This document shows, piece after piece, positions 1-13,004 of a stretch of 64,000 nt of DNA (position 1 is its first letter; every line of letters starts with the position of its first letter). Under the pieces are notes generated by a model, which was not told where the DNA came from, did no database searches, and was given only the letters and a program-made list of their open reading frames with translations. This DNA is from Camelus dromedarius (Eukaryota): NCBI RefSeq assembly GCF_036321535.1, contig NC_087437.1:86430001-86494000 (forward strand). The letters run 5' to 3'. The position numbers were made by a program, and so were the translations under genes.

Positions 1-3000
1 AACCTAGACTTAGAAAAATTCACTCCTACGTTCATACATTTTTTTTTAATGTGACACCTTATTTTTTTCCATTGTTGTAATTCAAGCACCTTATTAGTTT
101 GAGTTGTTTAAAATGCTTCAGTCAATTCAGCCTGTGGTAGATGATCTGTTTGCGAGTTCATTCTATTAGGGAAATACTTCTGCTAGTCCTTTTACGTTTC
201 TCTTCGATTAACAAAAGTTCCAAACTTCTATGTAATCTCTGTACACCATCTTGCTCTTTACTTCTGCTCATCTTAAATATACCTGAACAGAACCCCGTAT
301 CTAGTCTTATTCATTGCTTGACCCCACTTGACATTATATATTTCTTTAGCCTCCTTGGATCATAGAAGTCAATCACTGATACGAATTCCTCTAATTTTTA
401 CCAAACTCTTCCTCAGTGGGAACTAAGCACAGAACTCCTGGTTGTCTTGTGGATACTTCTGAGAATGAGCAACTATCCACCTGTTTCTCTTTACTAATTT
501 ATTTGGATGAGTAAACTATACCATATGCACAATCACAGAGGTTGTCTACTGAAAGAAAAAGAAAGCTTTGTCTATCTTATTTTGTCTTTGGGTAAGTCCG
601 TTGTCTGTTGTTTAGCTGTCTGACTTAAATCACTTTTGTGTGCAGAACATCACAGCTACAGAGAAAGGACTCATGTAACAAATTGTACCTTTCCTCTTAC
701 CTCTCCCTTCCTTTCTCCTCCCTTAGTCTTAAATTTGGAATTCTAGGTTCTCAAAGGCAGCTGAGAATGACAAGAAATAAAGAGGGGGAAACGCACAATT
801 GTCAAATTACAACCTCAAGGGACACAGTAATAAACATCAACCTGAAGTTATTTTGAACTAGATTGCATGGTTATTATAGGCACACACAAACCATATGTAA
901 ATAAACTTATGACCCACTTACATATTGATCTTGGAAGTCATAACTAACTTATTAAATGCTGCTCAATCTAACTATCATGAAATTTCTGTGTCCTCAGCAT
1001 AAAAGATTATCCCTATTAAAAATAACATCAATATTTTCATTTCCATAGCTTTAAATATAGAGCCAAAATAAGCATTTGTGAACTGTTGCTTCATACTGTC
1101 ATCCTCATCTATTTGGCCATGATAATTACACTACTGTAACCAGCTTGAATTCTCTTTAGTTCTAATTCTAAAATGACCCATGCTACTATGATGAATATGT
1201 GTTTTTATGGAGCTGGCTTCATTTCCTCATCCTCAGGATTGGGTGATTGTGTTTCCTCTCTGGATGAATTAGAGCAATATATTTGAGATTATATTTCATT
1301 AGTTTTATTGCTGCTTGTTAAAGTTTTATTATCCTCTCTGTTTTATATTTCAGACTGGCAACACTTGCCAGCATGGTAAGTGACGTGATATATACGAATC
1401 ATAACTTTGTGACCTGAGAATATGCTGTCTGCAAATATAATGGTGTCTTAGAAGTGATATTTTATAATGCTATTAAACATATGCATCCACAGAAGAGCTA
1501 TCAAAAATTAAGAAAAACTCAGATTTTCTTTCATCCCAGTAAAGCATTTATTTTACACTTTAAATAAGAATTCATTCATTCTGGATGATTTTCATTTATT
1601 TCATGTAATTGTTATCTACTATGCAATTATAACTCTAAAATGTCTATAATGCAATCTTGCACTTAAGTAAAATCTGAAACCACTTGGTGCTACTTAGGTT
1701 GATGCCTCTGTACTCAGCTGAATAAACAGTTAAGTAGGTATAATGGGTAGTTACATATCACATAATTGAATTGGAGCTGGACCAGTTGAGTAGGAAGTAC
1801 ATTCGCTACCACAGTTACAACCCCTCCAAACTTATACACTGTGATTTGTTCTGTAATGAAAATTAAGAATGTGGCGCTCCCTGATACATTTATGCTAACT
1901 ACTAAGATGTGTACAGTTACCATAGAGAACATGATTCAAATAAACTACCTGAAATGAGACTCCTTAAGAGCAAATCTACTTAAATTTTTTTTGTTTTTCC
2001 AGAAAAAAGTAATGTTTTAATTTTCTAGCAAAGAGACTATTATCTGCAACCACTATCAATAACTTAGTCTCTTGAAGGAGAACGGTTAGTTTATGAATAT
2101 TTATCAAGGTACCAGTATGTGCCAAAGGATTTTTTTTATTTTTGTACTTTATGTAATTGAAACTAGATATCGATATTAAAAAATCTCTGCTTTGCTAGAT
2201 GTTTACTACCAATAACCTAAAATTCCTTGCACATTTTATGGAAAAAAGGAGTATATTCTATATTTTTACAGGGCTTTTCTTTCTTGGTAGTACTCTAACA
2301 CTTAAAAAAGTAAATAAAATTTGATTAATCATTAAGTCAGACTTCTCCTTACTCATTAAATGCAAAATAGGACAAAAACAGAGTCTGTGAGAAAAAGAGG
2401 CAACGTGGAAATGTTAGCTCACTAGTTCTTGGGGCAGTCAGAAGTCCCACACTTGCCTCCTGGTGAGTGGAAACACAGAGCCACAGACGGTCAGCACCTG
2501 GGCCTGCAATGTGCCCCACTGTTCATCTCAGGTGCCAGGGAAGCATTGAAGACGTTTGGCATCTCCAAGATTAGAGGACTCTTGAGGTCTCTGTGGTTGC
2601 ATTTCACTATGGAGATTTTTATTCGGTTTCCCACTGATTCCAAAAGCCCAGGGGGTCCTAAAAGAGAATGATCTGTAGACATCCTGAGAATTCTAGCTAT
2701 CTTCTGAAGAGCCTGGAGTTTGAGAGTAAAATAAAAGATAATAACAGTAAATTATTTGGAAACTAAGTGTTCACATGTGATGGGAACAAAAAAAATGTTT
2801 ATGTGTGAATGCTTACCCTTCCCCTTTTGTCCCTTCTTTCCTCCTTGCCCCAGACCTCCAAGGAGAACTCTTTCAGTCCTTCTGTTACTCTGATGCTGCT
2901 TTGGGCCACTGAAATAAAACAGAACAAAAAGCAAAAACTCAAAAAGAGAGGGTGGAGTATTTACTTTGAGAAGAGAAGAAAGAATAGTGATAGTGGGAAA

Positions 3001-3308
3001 CTGAGAGAGGAAGGAAAGGCAAAAACCCTCACAGGATGGTGGAGCTGAGTAGGGTGCTTGGTTGGGAGTTGAGGGTATCAGAGAGGAAGATTTTTAGGAG
3101 CTGCACTATCCTTGTGGGAGTGTTAAGAGTTATAAAAGTGGAGACAATGGATATGTAAGATGATTCGTAGCTTTTAAAGTCTGTTTCCCGCTTGTGGCTG
3201 AGAGATGTAGTCGACAGTTCAATGAGCAAGAGGAGGAACTACAGTCATACTTGTTGAACTTTTTCTTGGAGGTCCTCCTTGAAGCAGAGGAGAATGGTCA
3301 GTGTCTTA

Positions 3309-3973
3309 CCATAAACTTACCATATGATCCAGCAATCCCACTCCTGGGCATATATCTGGATAAAAGTATAATTTGAAAAGACACATGCACCCTGATGTTC
3401 ACAGTAGCACTATTACAATAGCCAAGACATGGAAACAACCTATATGTCCATTGACAGATGACTGGATAAAGAAGATGTGATATGTGTATATGTATATATA
3501 TATGGAATACTACTCAACCATAAAAATAATGAAATAATGCCATTTGCAGTAATATGGATAGATCTAGAGGTTATCATACTAAGTGAATTAAGTCAGACAA
3601 AGACAAATACCATGTGATGTTGCTTATATGTGGAATCTAAAAACAAAGAAAAGATACAAATTTTATTTACAAACCAGAAATAGACTCAAGGATACAGAAA
3701 ATAAACTGGTTATCATGGGGGACAGAGAGGGAAGGGATAGATTAGGAGTTTGGGATTAATAGATACACATTACTGTATATAAAATAGATAAACAATAAGG
3801 ACCTCCTGTATAGCACAGGGAAATACATTCAAGTTCTTGTAATGAGCTATAATAGAAAAGAATCTGAAGAAAAAATTATGTATGTATATATATAACTGAA
3901 TTGCTTTGCTGTACACCTGAAACTATCATTGTAAATCGACTACACTTTAATAAAAAACAAGAATTAAAAAAAA
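3309..3973 (+). mobile_element. 5'-truncated LINE-1 3' end (ORF2 C-terminus, 3'UTR, poly-A)
   Basis: Encodes the L1 ORF2 C-terminal motif [13 protein letters not shown], followed by a typical L1 3'UTR, AATAAA and an A-rich tail at ~3950-3973. Confidence 0.93.
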
Positions 3974-4034
3974 ACCTGACTTATACAAATAACATCCATA
4001 TAATATGGTACAATGCTTTAAGTGTATGCATTTA

Positions 4035-4274
4035 TTTTATTTTATTTTTTAACTTTTTTATTGAGTTATAATCATTTTACAATGTTGTGTCAAAATCCAG
4101 TGTAGAGCACAATTTTTCAGTTGTACATGAATATATATATATTCATTGTCATATTTTTTTCTCTGTGAGCTACCATAGATCTTGTATATATTTCCCTGTG
4201 CTATACAGTATAATCTTGTTTATCTATTCTACATTTTGAAATCCCAGTCTGTCCCTTCCCACCCCCCGGCCCCC
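4035..4274 (-). mobile_element. Short (~240 bp) young L1 3'UTR end with TSD
   Basis: T-rich tail on the left and C-rich (antisense polypurine) tract on the right; TSD taagtgtatgcattta (4019-4034) / taattgtatgcattta (4275-4290). Confidence 0.88.
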
Positions 4275-6159
4275 TAATTGTATGCATTTAAAATATTTAA
4301 TATTTGCATTTTAATTATGCACAGTATCATTAATATCATAATATGATTATTAATAATGATTTTAATACTTAAATTAACATAATAATAAAATTATATAAAT
4401 AAATGTCACAATTATTAACATTATGCAAAATTTATTAATATCAATATTGTTAATAATCTCATTCCATCTTTCTTTATTTGCAAATATGGTTGCAATTATT
4501 TTAGTTATGGCATAATTGCAAATAAGATGAAACAATACTAAAAAGCTAAATAAATTAAAATGAATACAACAAAATGCACCATTAAAAATATCACCAGCGT
4601 TACCCACTTGGGAATTTCATATTAATAAAATGTATCATTGTAAAGTAATTGAAATAATTTAAATTTGATACTCATATTTATTGTAGACTAGCCCCTGGCA
4701 TTCTGGTAAAGTCTTTGAAAATTTCCTTTTTGCTGTTAACAAACTACCCCAGTGTCTTCCCTCAACTTCTATTTGAGTACACTGCTCTTGGTAAACATTT
4801 TCTATTTCTATTTCTACATTTAAAGTTTGTGAAAATAAATTAGATTTTCAAATTTCTCAGCTATAAAAATCATGTTCAAATATACCTAATTGTCAGTGGT
4901 TCCAACTTTCCATAGCTCTACAGTATTACTTTAGTTGAAGAGACTGATCTTGAGAAGATGTAAATTAATCTCATTATTTCAATTTCTGAAAAGTAGACAA
5001 AGGTGGACTTTGATGCTGTCTGGAAGCCCCTAATCTTGCTCGTCACACCACCTACTTTCAGTTCATAGTCTGTTAAACTGACTTTGATTCACTGGGATTG
5101 CCAGTTTTCTCAGGAGTATTTACTGCAAGTAATCAGTGCTTGAAACTATACTTAATAACATTGTCATTTTAGTCATAATCGTTGGGATTTTGTGGGGAAG
5201 TATGGCATTACAGCAATTACCTTTGTAATCCAACCATGAAGATACATGCCTACTTCACTCACAATTTCACATTTGCATTATTTTATTTATAGATTGCCTC
5301 TTTTGAATAAGTATACATAATAGTTTAATGTTTTTCCCCCCAGATACCTAAAATATTCTTAAAACTAAAATCTGAAATATTTTGGAAATAACAGTCCCCT
5401 GATATTTCTTATTCTTTGTATGCATTAATTCTTTGATCTTTCCCCAAGTTACCTCTTTGAGATTGACAAAAGCTTTTGTAGTATAAAAGATTTCTGAAGA
5501 TTTACTTTTCTTTTCTAAAATCAAAGTATTTAAATATATATCTTATTTAAATATAGATATTAAATGGTATATATTTAAAACACTTTGGAAATTAAAATAA
5601 CAGGTTAAAACAATTCATCCTCTACCTGCCAATCAGTAATACTTACTGACCTGTCTGGGCTAGAACCGTGGAGATTCCTCACTTGACTTAGGACAGTGCC
5701 TCTCCTCTACTTGATCAAATATTACAGGAACACTTCAGAATAGTTGCAGGGCATTTGACTTTCAAACTTGTTTGCTTTCAAGACTGGCAAACAAAAAGCC
5801 CACTAAGGGGGAAAAAAACCCTCTATTTTTAATCATTATTTTATTTGAAAAATTATTGTTATGAATAAGAGCCTGGTGTACTCACAGTGGTATTTTTCAG
5901 TGAGTAAGAATTTTTCAGTGAATGAAAATTATAAAGCTAAGAGAATAAATTAGAAGGTGCTGAAGATCTGTATTTGTTTTTCCCCAAAATTTTCTCCCAT
6001 ACTAGGCTGTTTCTAACTTCAGTTGACTGTAAATATAAAGTTGGTAACTATACATAGTAAAACTGATACCATAAGGTTTTATATATTTTATTATAAATAG
6101 TGTAGTTTTCCTTACAATCTCTGTGACTTCATGGTTTGCAATTTCTTCTTAATATAAGG

Positions 6160-6335
6160 CAGTGGTTCTCAACTTTGGTTGCATATTAGAATCACCTGGG
6201 GAGCTGTTAAACCACACTGATTCCTCAGCCAACATAGATGTTCTTTCGTAATTGGATTAGGGAGGAGCCCTGGCATCTGTATATAATAAAATCTCACCAG
6301 GTGATTTAATACACAATTAGGATTGAGAACCCCTG
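6160..6335. mobile_element. MER5-type hAT-Charlie MITE
   Basis: Termini cagtggttctcaa ... ttgagaacccctg; internal attagaatcacctggggagct is typical of MER5. Confidence 0.85.
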
Positions 6336-7057
6336 ATGGCAGGGGTTTATTTGAATTATCTGGAACAGTCCCATCACTGGGCATATTACTGTATCCTGTG
6401 TGCATAGTGACACATCATATGTTTTGAAAAAACTCTCCTACTAATTCTAATCTTACAGTAGACTCCAGAGTGAAAAATAAGTTTCTTCTTGTGCTTAGTT
6501 CTGCTGTCTCTTTGCTTTGGAAAAATAACGTTGGCAGGAGTTTGGTTTATTAAGCCACATAAAAATCAGTCAATATCAGCAAATTATCTCCGCACTTCAT
6601 GACATATTAACACTATAGTTTGATTTGTTATTATAGTTACAGCTGAGATTAGGAACCTTTAGAACACAGGACAAATATATTTTGATGGAGAGAATAGGAC
6701 AACCGAGAGGGCTTGTAACCATTCTGGAGCCCTGTCACTAAGGTGGAGGAGTTGCTGGGAAGGAGAAGAGTAAGCGTTGTAATTGTGCCTGGAGTGAATC
6801 CTGTGTCCATTTTTCATAAACTTCTCAAAAGTGTATTTAGAAAGCTGTTCCTGTTGGGTCACTAAGTTTTCTGAGACCTTTGTCACTGCTTATAGCCAAA
6901 CACAACCACTTTGGATCATTCAACTTTTCTTATTGTTTCTATCACCATTTGATTAATCTCAACTTTTTCCAAGGTAATTTCCAATAATAAAGAGACTTAG
7001 AGAAGAAAGTTATTTCTTTTTCATATTGGATTCAGCACTTGTGTACTGATGAGAACA

Positions 7058-7489
7058 TGTCTGGTTAATTTTGTGTGTCAACTTGTCTGGGTCATGGTGT
7101 CCAGCTATTTAGTCAGACATTCTATAAAGGTGTTTTGGGGAAATTAACATTTCAGTTGGTGGACGTTGAGTAAACCGATTACCCTCCATAATGTGGGTGG
7201 GTCTCATCCAATCAGTTGAAAGTTGAAAGTTGGCTAGTATAGAACAAGACTGACCTCCACCAAGCAAGAAAGAATTCTGCCAGCAGACTGTCTCTGGACT
7301 CAAATTGCAACACTTCCCTGGATCTTCTGCCTGCTGGCCTACCCTGCAGATTTTGTACTCACCAAGCCTCCCCAATAGTGTGAACCAGTTCCTTCAAATC
7401 AATGTCTCTCTCTTTCTCTCTCTCCCTCTCTCTCCACACGCATGCACATCTTTTTGGTTTTGTTTTCCTGGAGAACTCTGACTATACCA
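7058..7489 (+). mobile_element. MLT2 (ERVL) solo LTR
   Basis: Starts tgtctggttaattttgtgtgtcaacttg; contains ataatgtgggtgggtctcatccaatcagttgaa, a (CT)n tract, and ends ctggagaactctgacta. Confidence 0.88.
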
Positions 7490-7539
7490 TATGTAAGATG
7501 TGAACAGCATGGTCCTTACTCGGCTCATCTGCGGCCGCT

Positions 7540-7712
7540 CCTGATCACTGGACCAGCAACGTGAGCACTCCATGGGAACTTGTTAGACATGCAAACCCTT
7601 GGACCTCATCCCAGACCTCAGAGATCCAGAAACTCCGTGGTGTGGTTAGCAATCTTTATTTTAACAAGACCTCCCAATAATCCCTAAGTATGCAAAAGAT
7701 GAAGAACAAATG
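7540..7712. mobile_element. MER5A hAT MITE (degenerate)
   Basis: tggaccagca...gggaacttgttagacatgcaaa...cccagacct...ttttaacaag matches the recalled MER5A body. Confidence 0.75.
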
Positions 7713-7808
7713 CCATAGGCCACAGGGAAATTTAGGAATTAGCATTATCTACCTCCAACGTCACTCTATTTTTAGAGGTGTCTCATCCAGGTAAGAAGTA
7801 GCACAGAT

Positions 7809-7955
7809 CAGTGGTTCTTAAACTTGTCTGTGCACTAGAATTGCTCAGGAAGTTTTAAAAATTCTAATGCCTAGTCTGTAGCCTATACCAGTTATGAGTA
7901 TTTCTAAACATTGTCTGGGTGATTTCAACGTGCAGTCAAGTTTAAAAACCAGTGG
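7809..7955. mobile_element. MER5-type hAT MITE
   Basis: TIR-like ends cagtggttcttaaactt ... aagtttaaaaaccagtg. Confidence 0.75.
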
Positions 7956-8089
7956 CATAGATAAAGAAGCTACATTTTCGGCTGGGAATAGAGAAAATAA
8001 TTATACTATCAAAACATCCCCTGAGTCACTGTAAGTTATGAGATGTAACAATATAACTATTATATATCTTTAAAAGTTTGACATATACA

Positions 8090-8240
8090 TACTAACTCAT
8101 TTAATTCTCACAACAACCTTATAATTATCTTCTTTTTGCAGTTGAGGCAACTGAAGTGAAGATAGGTAGAGTAACTTGACCAAACGCACAGAACGTTGCA
8201 GGGCAGGAACTTGAACTCAGACACTCTGGCTCCAGAGCTT
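8090..8240 (-). mobile_element. MIR SINE
   Basis: catttaattctcacaacaacc...gaggcaactgaag...gtaacttgacc...ttgaactcag...tctggctccagagc (antisense MIR core). Confidence 0.8.
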
Positions 8241-10904
8241 TTGCTGTTTATTATTACCTTGTAAATATTAGTGCATGGCGCTGAATACGTGTTTTTCCTG
8301 CAGCTCACTCACCACTTGAGGACTGCTGGCATTTGGCATCCTTGATCATTTGCCTCAGTGATCTATGCAGGCATTAAAAGACATTTCTAACTAAAGGCCA
8401 GAATGTAAGCCACCAGTCCTCAAGCATAGGAGCAAAAATAGACTCCTGGAAAATATCTCAGACTAGAAAAAACAATCTGAATGACATGAAAAGTTTTTTC
8501 TGTTAAGCCCAGAAGAACAAAATGAGCAGGTTCCAGTGAGTGACATGGAACTGTCCTCTGTACTTGTGTTATTTGCCTGGCATTGGCCTAGCCTCTTCAT
8601 TAATGGAGCCGTGTAGTATCATCAATGATGTATCTGTGTGGAGAAAAATACGCCCACAGTTTCAGAAGGGTTTTAAATTGGTTGTTGCGTGCTCTCATTC
8701 ATGACTAGTGTTGTGTGTGATGCAAAGAAAAATACTGCATTTGCTTTAAATGCCTGCTAAATGTTGAGATTTTCTAAATTTAATACCCATTGAATCTGGT
8801 TAATGTTCACCATGTTAGTTGAGTCTGGGACTTTTCCTGTTTTATTTATCATTTTACACATTATTAAATTTGGGATCTGGCCATGGCCATTGGTTACAAT
8901 ATCATTTACAGATGTCTCTATGACAGGTTTTTAATTCAACTTGCCTGTATCAGGGTCTGATTTTTGGGAGGGAAGCAAAAAAAAAAAAAAAAAAAATTAA
9001 AGGACTAATTGAAGAACAGCTACAGTGACTTCTTTGTGGACTTCAAACATCAATCTGATTGATTTTGTGAATTAACGCGATCTTTGTGTTACTTAGGAAT
9101 TTTAATACAGCAGTGATTGTTTGATTCCACAATATGGATTTGTCTTAAACAGAATTGCAGGCTGTCTGTGTTGCTGGGTGGTAAAAATGTGCTGAGTAAT
9201 TTCCTTCTGTGAATGGAGAACTCACAGACATGAAGCTTGGTACATACCCTATCTAGTGGTTTAGTCTCAAGCTCAGAGAGAATAATGACTCTATTTCTCA
9301 GTTTAGAGATGCCCTTGGTGCTTATTAATGTTAGGGGTGTGAAACTTGCACTTTGAAACATTCTTTAAGCACTCTAGAAGCTTTTATTATGTGTTTTGTT
9401 CTGTTTTTATTATGTTAAAGTTAGAGAGCTTCTGAAGAAATTGATTGGTTTACTTTGATAATGTATCATTTCTCCAATGACCATTAAGCAAATGTAGAAG
9501 TCTATTCTTGGCAATCACATCACAGGAATTCCTATGAAAAAGTCTATACTGGAGAAACAACTGGCCTATTTCCTGTTAATTGTAAAATTACTGGTTGCAG
9601 AACAAAGAATAGCTCTGGTGATCTTTTCCTTAATGAGGCTCTTAACTTCATTTGTTGTTATTTGCTGACCAGTAAAAATCTTTTAAGTATTGTTTTTGTT
9701 GTAAACTCCGTGGAACAGTGCCTTTAAAAGTATGAAATATAAAAACAATATAAAAAGTACAAAATTTCCCCCCAAATAATAGGAACCCAAGGGGTACAAT
9801 ATATACAAAGTAACTTCACTTTCACAGTTTAGCTACAATTGTTTTGTTAAACCTGACGCATATCTTCTGAAATAGGAATAAATAATACCAGTTAAGAGAC
9901 CAACTACTATTTTCTATTAGCTGTTACTTAATTTAAAAGTTTATAAAAGAAAAGGACTATACATTAATACATTAATAAAATGATTTTTAAAAGTATTTAC
10001 TTGTGTGTCTGTGAGAGAGAGAGAGAGTTTTAGGTTTTGATTTGTGGTAATTCACCCACGCATATCTTTCATAAGAAATGAGAGCATGGTTAGATAAATC
10101 TGCACATTCTTACCACCTTGTGGGAATGGACACTAGCTCTCAAACTTTCCTCATTTCTTTGACTTGATTACTATTTAGTAGAAACTGACACACACAAAAA
10201 ATGATGCTCCCACAATGGTAGCCTAAACCTTCCTATTAGTTAAGATAGCTATTTCATTGTTAGGAAAGGGGAGATGTATGTATATTATGAGGAACTAGTT
10301 TCCACTTTATAAAAATAAAGGTTTTCCTGAGAAATTCACTCTCATATTTGTGTCCCTTTTACTTACTCCATGTCAGGAAAAGGAAAGAGGTCATGGCTGA
10401 TATAGGTAAGTGAAGTCATGTATATAAAAGTACAGTATAAACAGCAGCACAGTTTTAACATTTGAGGTATATTTTAGTCCAATCCCCAAGAAGCCTCCCA
10501 CAAATCCCTCTGACAAAGCAAGTAATCCATTTGAAGGGACTAGAATATTAATATAATCTTTCAGCAATGGTTTGAGGCAGTAGACAACTTTCAAAAGAGA
10601 TCATGAATTTCCTAAAGAAAAATCTCAGCAAATATATTATTTATACAGCTTCATCATAGTTCTCTCATCTCTTCTTTGTTTTCCTCATGTATTAGCATTT
10701 TTGTACAGTACTGTCCAAGTTACAGTCCCCTGAATGCATCAGCTCCTAAAGATTAATACAAGTTAAAAAAATTCAAGTGTAGTTTGAATTAAATTTCATT
10801 GTCCTTATAACAATAGAGTCTTTAGTGTACTAGAACAAACAACAGAGATGCACAGGCTTTAAAGATATAAATAAAGGACAAATACTGAACACAAAGGAGT
10901 CGAT

Positions 10905-11070
10905 TAGTATATTGGTTAAGAGCAACACAATGCCTCTGTTATGCTTATTAATGTGTGTCATCTGGCAGTTCGCCTCTGTGTGCCTCAGTTTCTCCCCCTG
11001 TAAAATGGGACTAAGAATATACTCACTTCACATAATGGTTGTGAAGATTAAATAAGTTGACCCACATAAA
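10905..11070 (+). mobile_element. MIR SINE
   Basis: tggttaagagca...tgcctcagtttctccccctgtaaaatggg...ggttgtgaagattaaat. Confidence 0.8.
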
Positions 11071-12434
11071 ATTTGCAAGCCTTAGCTCTATTTAAAACAA
11101 AATTAGAGAAGCACTTTAAATTGATATGTGCAAAAAACTAGAGTTAGTACATAATCTGCAAAAAAAGCAGAAAGGAAATCATGGGGATTTTATGTTGTAG
11201 CTGGGGGGAAAGGGGTGCCAGCTTCTTTCTATTCACTATAGAAAGCCTCAGGGAGGAAGGAGGAACACTGGGAAGGGTGACATTGTGGGCTGCTTAGGAG
11301 AACTTAGGGAGTAGAAAGTTAAAAAGAGAGTTAGGCATTGAAAGCTAGAGATGGATCAGTGTGGATTCAAAAGAGACATGAGAAAAAAAGGTGTTAATTT
11401 TAATAAGAATGTTATGGGAAATCCTTTTAAGAACATGAAATGAGTCATCGTGCAAAAAAGAGACAATTAACTGTCGCTTTGATAATGAAAATGAGTTTTG
11501 TATAGAGGAGTTACAGGGGTAGATTATATATGTAGAAATAATAGAATTTATAATAGATTATGCTACAATCTTTAAAATAGAAATAGTATAATTCATCATG
11601 ATATATATCCATGTGTATGTACATACAGATATGTATAGATAGATAGATAAGGACAATTATTTATCACATTTTAAGGTTAATTTACTTGGAAATGACTTTC
11701 TGATAACTCTTATTTCTTAGACTTCATAGAAGAAAAGACTGAAATGGATTAATTTTAGGCAGGAGGTGACCATGGCCATAAACTCATACTTCATGATGCA
11801 GATGAGCCTAGACAAATGTTTTCATGGCCTCTATCCATACTTTTGTGGTTGGCGGTGGTGAGTGAAGTTACCTGAAAACAAGTTATAGTACCTAATGGGT
11901 GTGGCATAATTTGATACACTATAAAAAGATCAAACTGTGCCTGATTTTGACAAGCATAACTATTCAAGATGAGTCTCATTCAGCATCTTAGGATGGTTTG
12001 CCCTTCAGGTGAAGATTAGATTGGCTGCAATCAGAAATCTCAGGCTGGAGATTATGGACGTCATCCTCCTACTCATCTTCCTCTCCTCCTCCCATTCATC
12101 CTTGAACTCTGGGAAGAAACTCTGGGACCTTGGGATCCAGTTGAAACATTGGTAGCACACTGTTGGTAGTGCTGGGAGTTAGGTGAGAAGGCTGTTGTGT
12201 AATGGTCGGGAGTAGTAAGTGGGGTTCTTTCATCTTCAAGCATGGGGTAGGAAATGCATGAACAGAACAGGCTATCTCCAGATTTTGTTTTTCACCATTG
12301 AGCAAAATGATATATTCCCATTAGGCTTGGCTCACACTAAACCATCAATTGACCTGGGTTGAATAGCTCAGGTAAATATTAATCCTGATAGATGCTGATC
12401 AGGAAGAAGGATGTAATATTAGAAGTGATGGGTG

Positions 12435-12500
12435 TGTTACAATATCCAAGACATGGAAACAACCTAAATCAACAGATGACTGGATAAAGAAGTTGCGGTG

Positions 12501-12541
<41 letters not shown>

Positions 12542-13004
12542 GAATACTACTCAGCCATAACAAAGAATAAAATAATGCCATTTGCAGCAACATGAATGGA
12601 ACTGGAGATCATCATTCTAAGTCAAGTAAGCTGGAAAGAGAAAGAAAAATACCATATGATATTGCTTATATGTAGAATCTAAAAAAAGATGCAAATGAAC
12701 TTATTTACAAAACAGAAATACAGATTCACAGACATAGAAAACAAACTTATGGTTGCCAGGGAGGAAAGGGGTTGGGTAGGAATAAACTGGGGGTCGAGAT
12801 TTGCAGATACTAACTACTATATATAAAATAGATAAACAACAATGTCTTACTGTATAGCATAGGGAACTATATTCAATATCTTGAAACAGATAATGAAAAA
12901 AATATAAAAAAGAATATATGTATGTATATGTATGACTGAAACATTATGCTGTACACCAGAAAGTGACACAACATGGTAAACTCACTATACTTCAATAAAA
13001 AAAA
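12435..13004 (+). mobile_element. 5'-truncated LINE-1 3' end with TSD
   Basis: ccaagacatggaaacaacctaaat...3'UTR...ttcaataaaaaaaaa; TSD agaagtgatgg at 12421-12431 and 13005-13015. Confidence 0.93.
12503..12539. repeat. (CA)n microsatellite inside L1
   Basis: Pure AC run of ~18 units. Confidence 0.97.

Noticed and set aside
4290..4610. Extremely AT-rich stretch with a hydrophobic 77-aa ORF
   Set aside because: Low-complexity AT sequence yields I/N/F-rich pseudo-ORFs; no homology recognised
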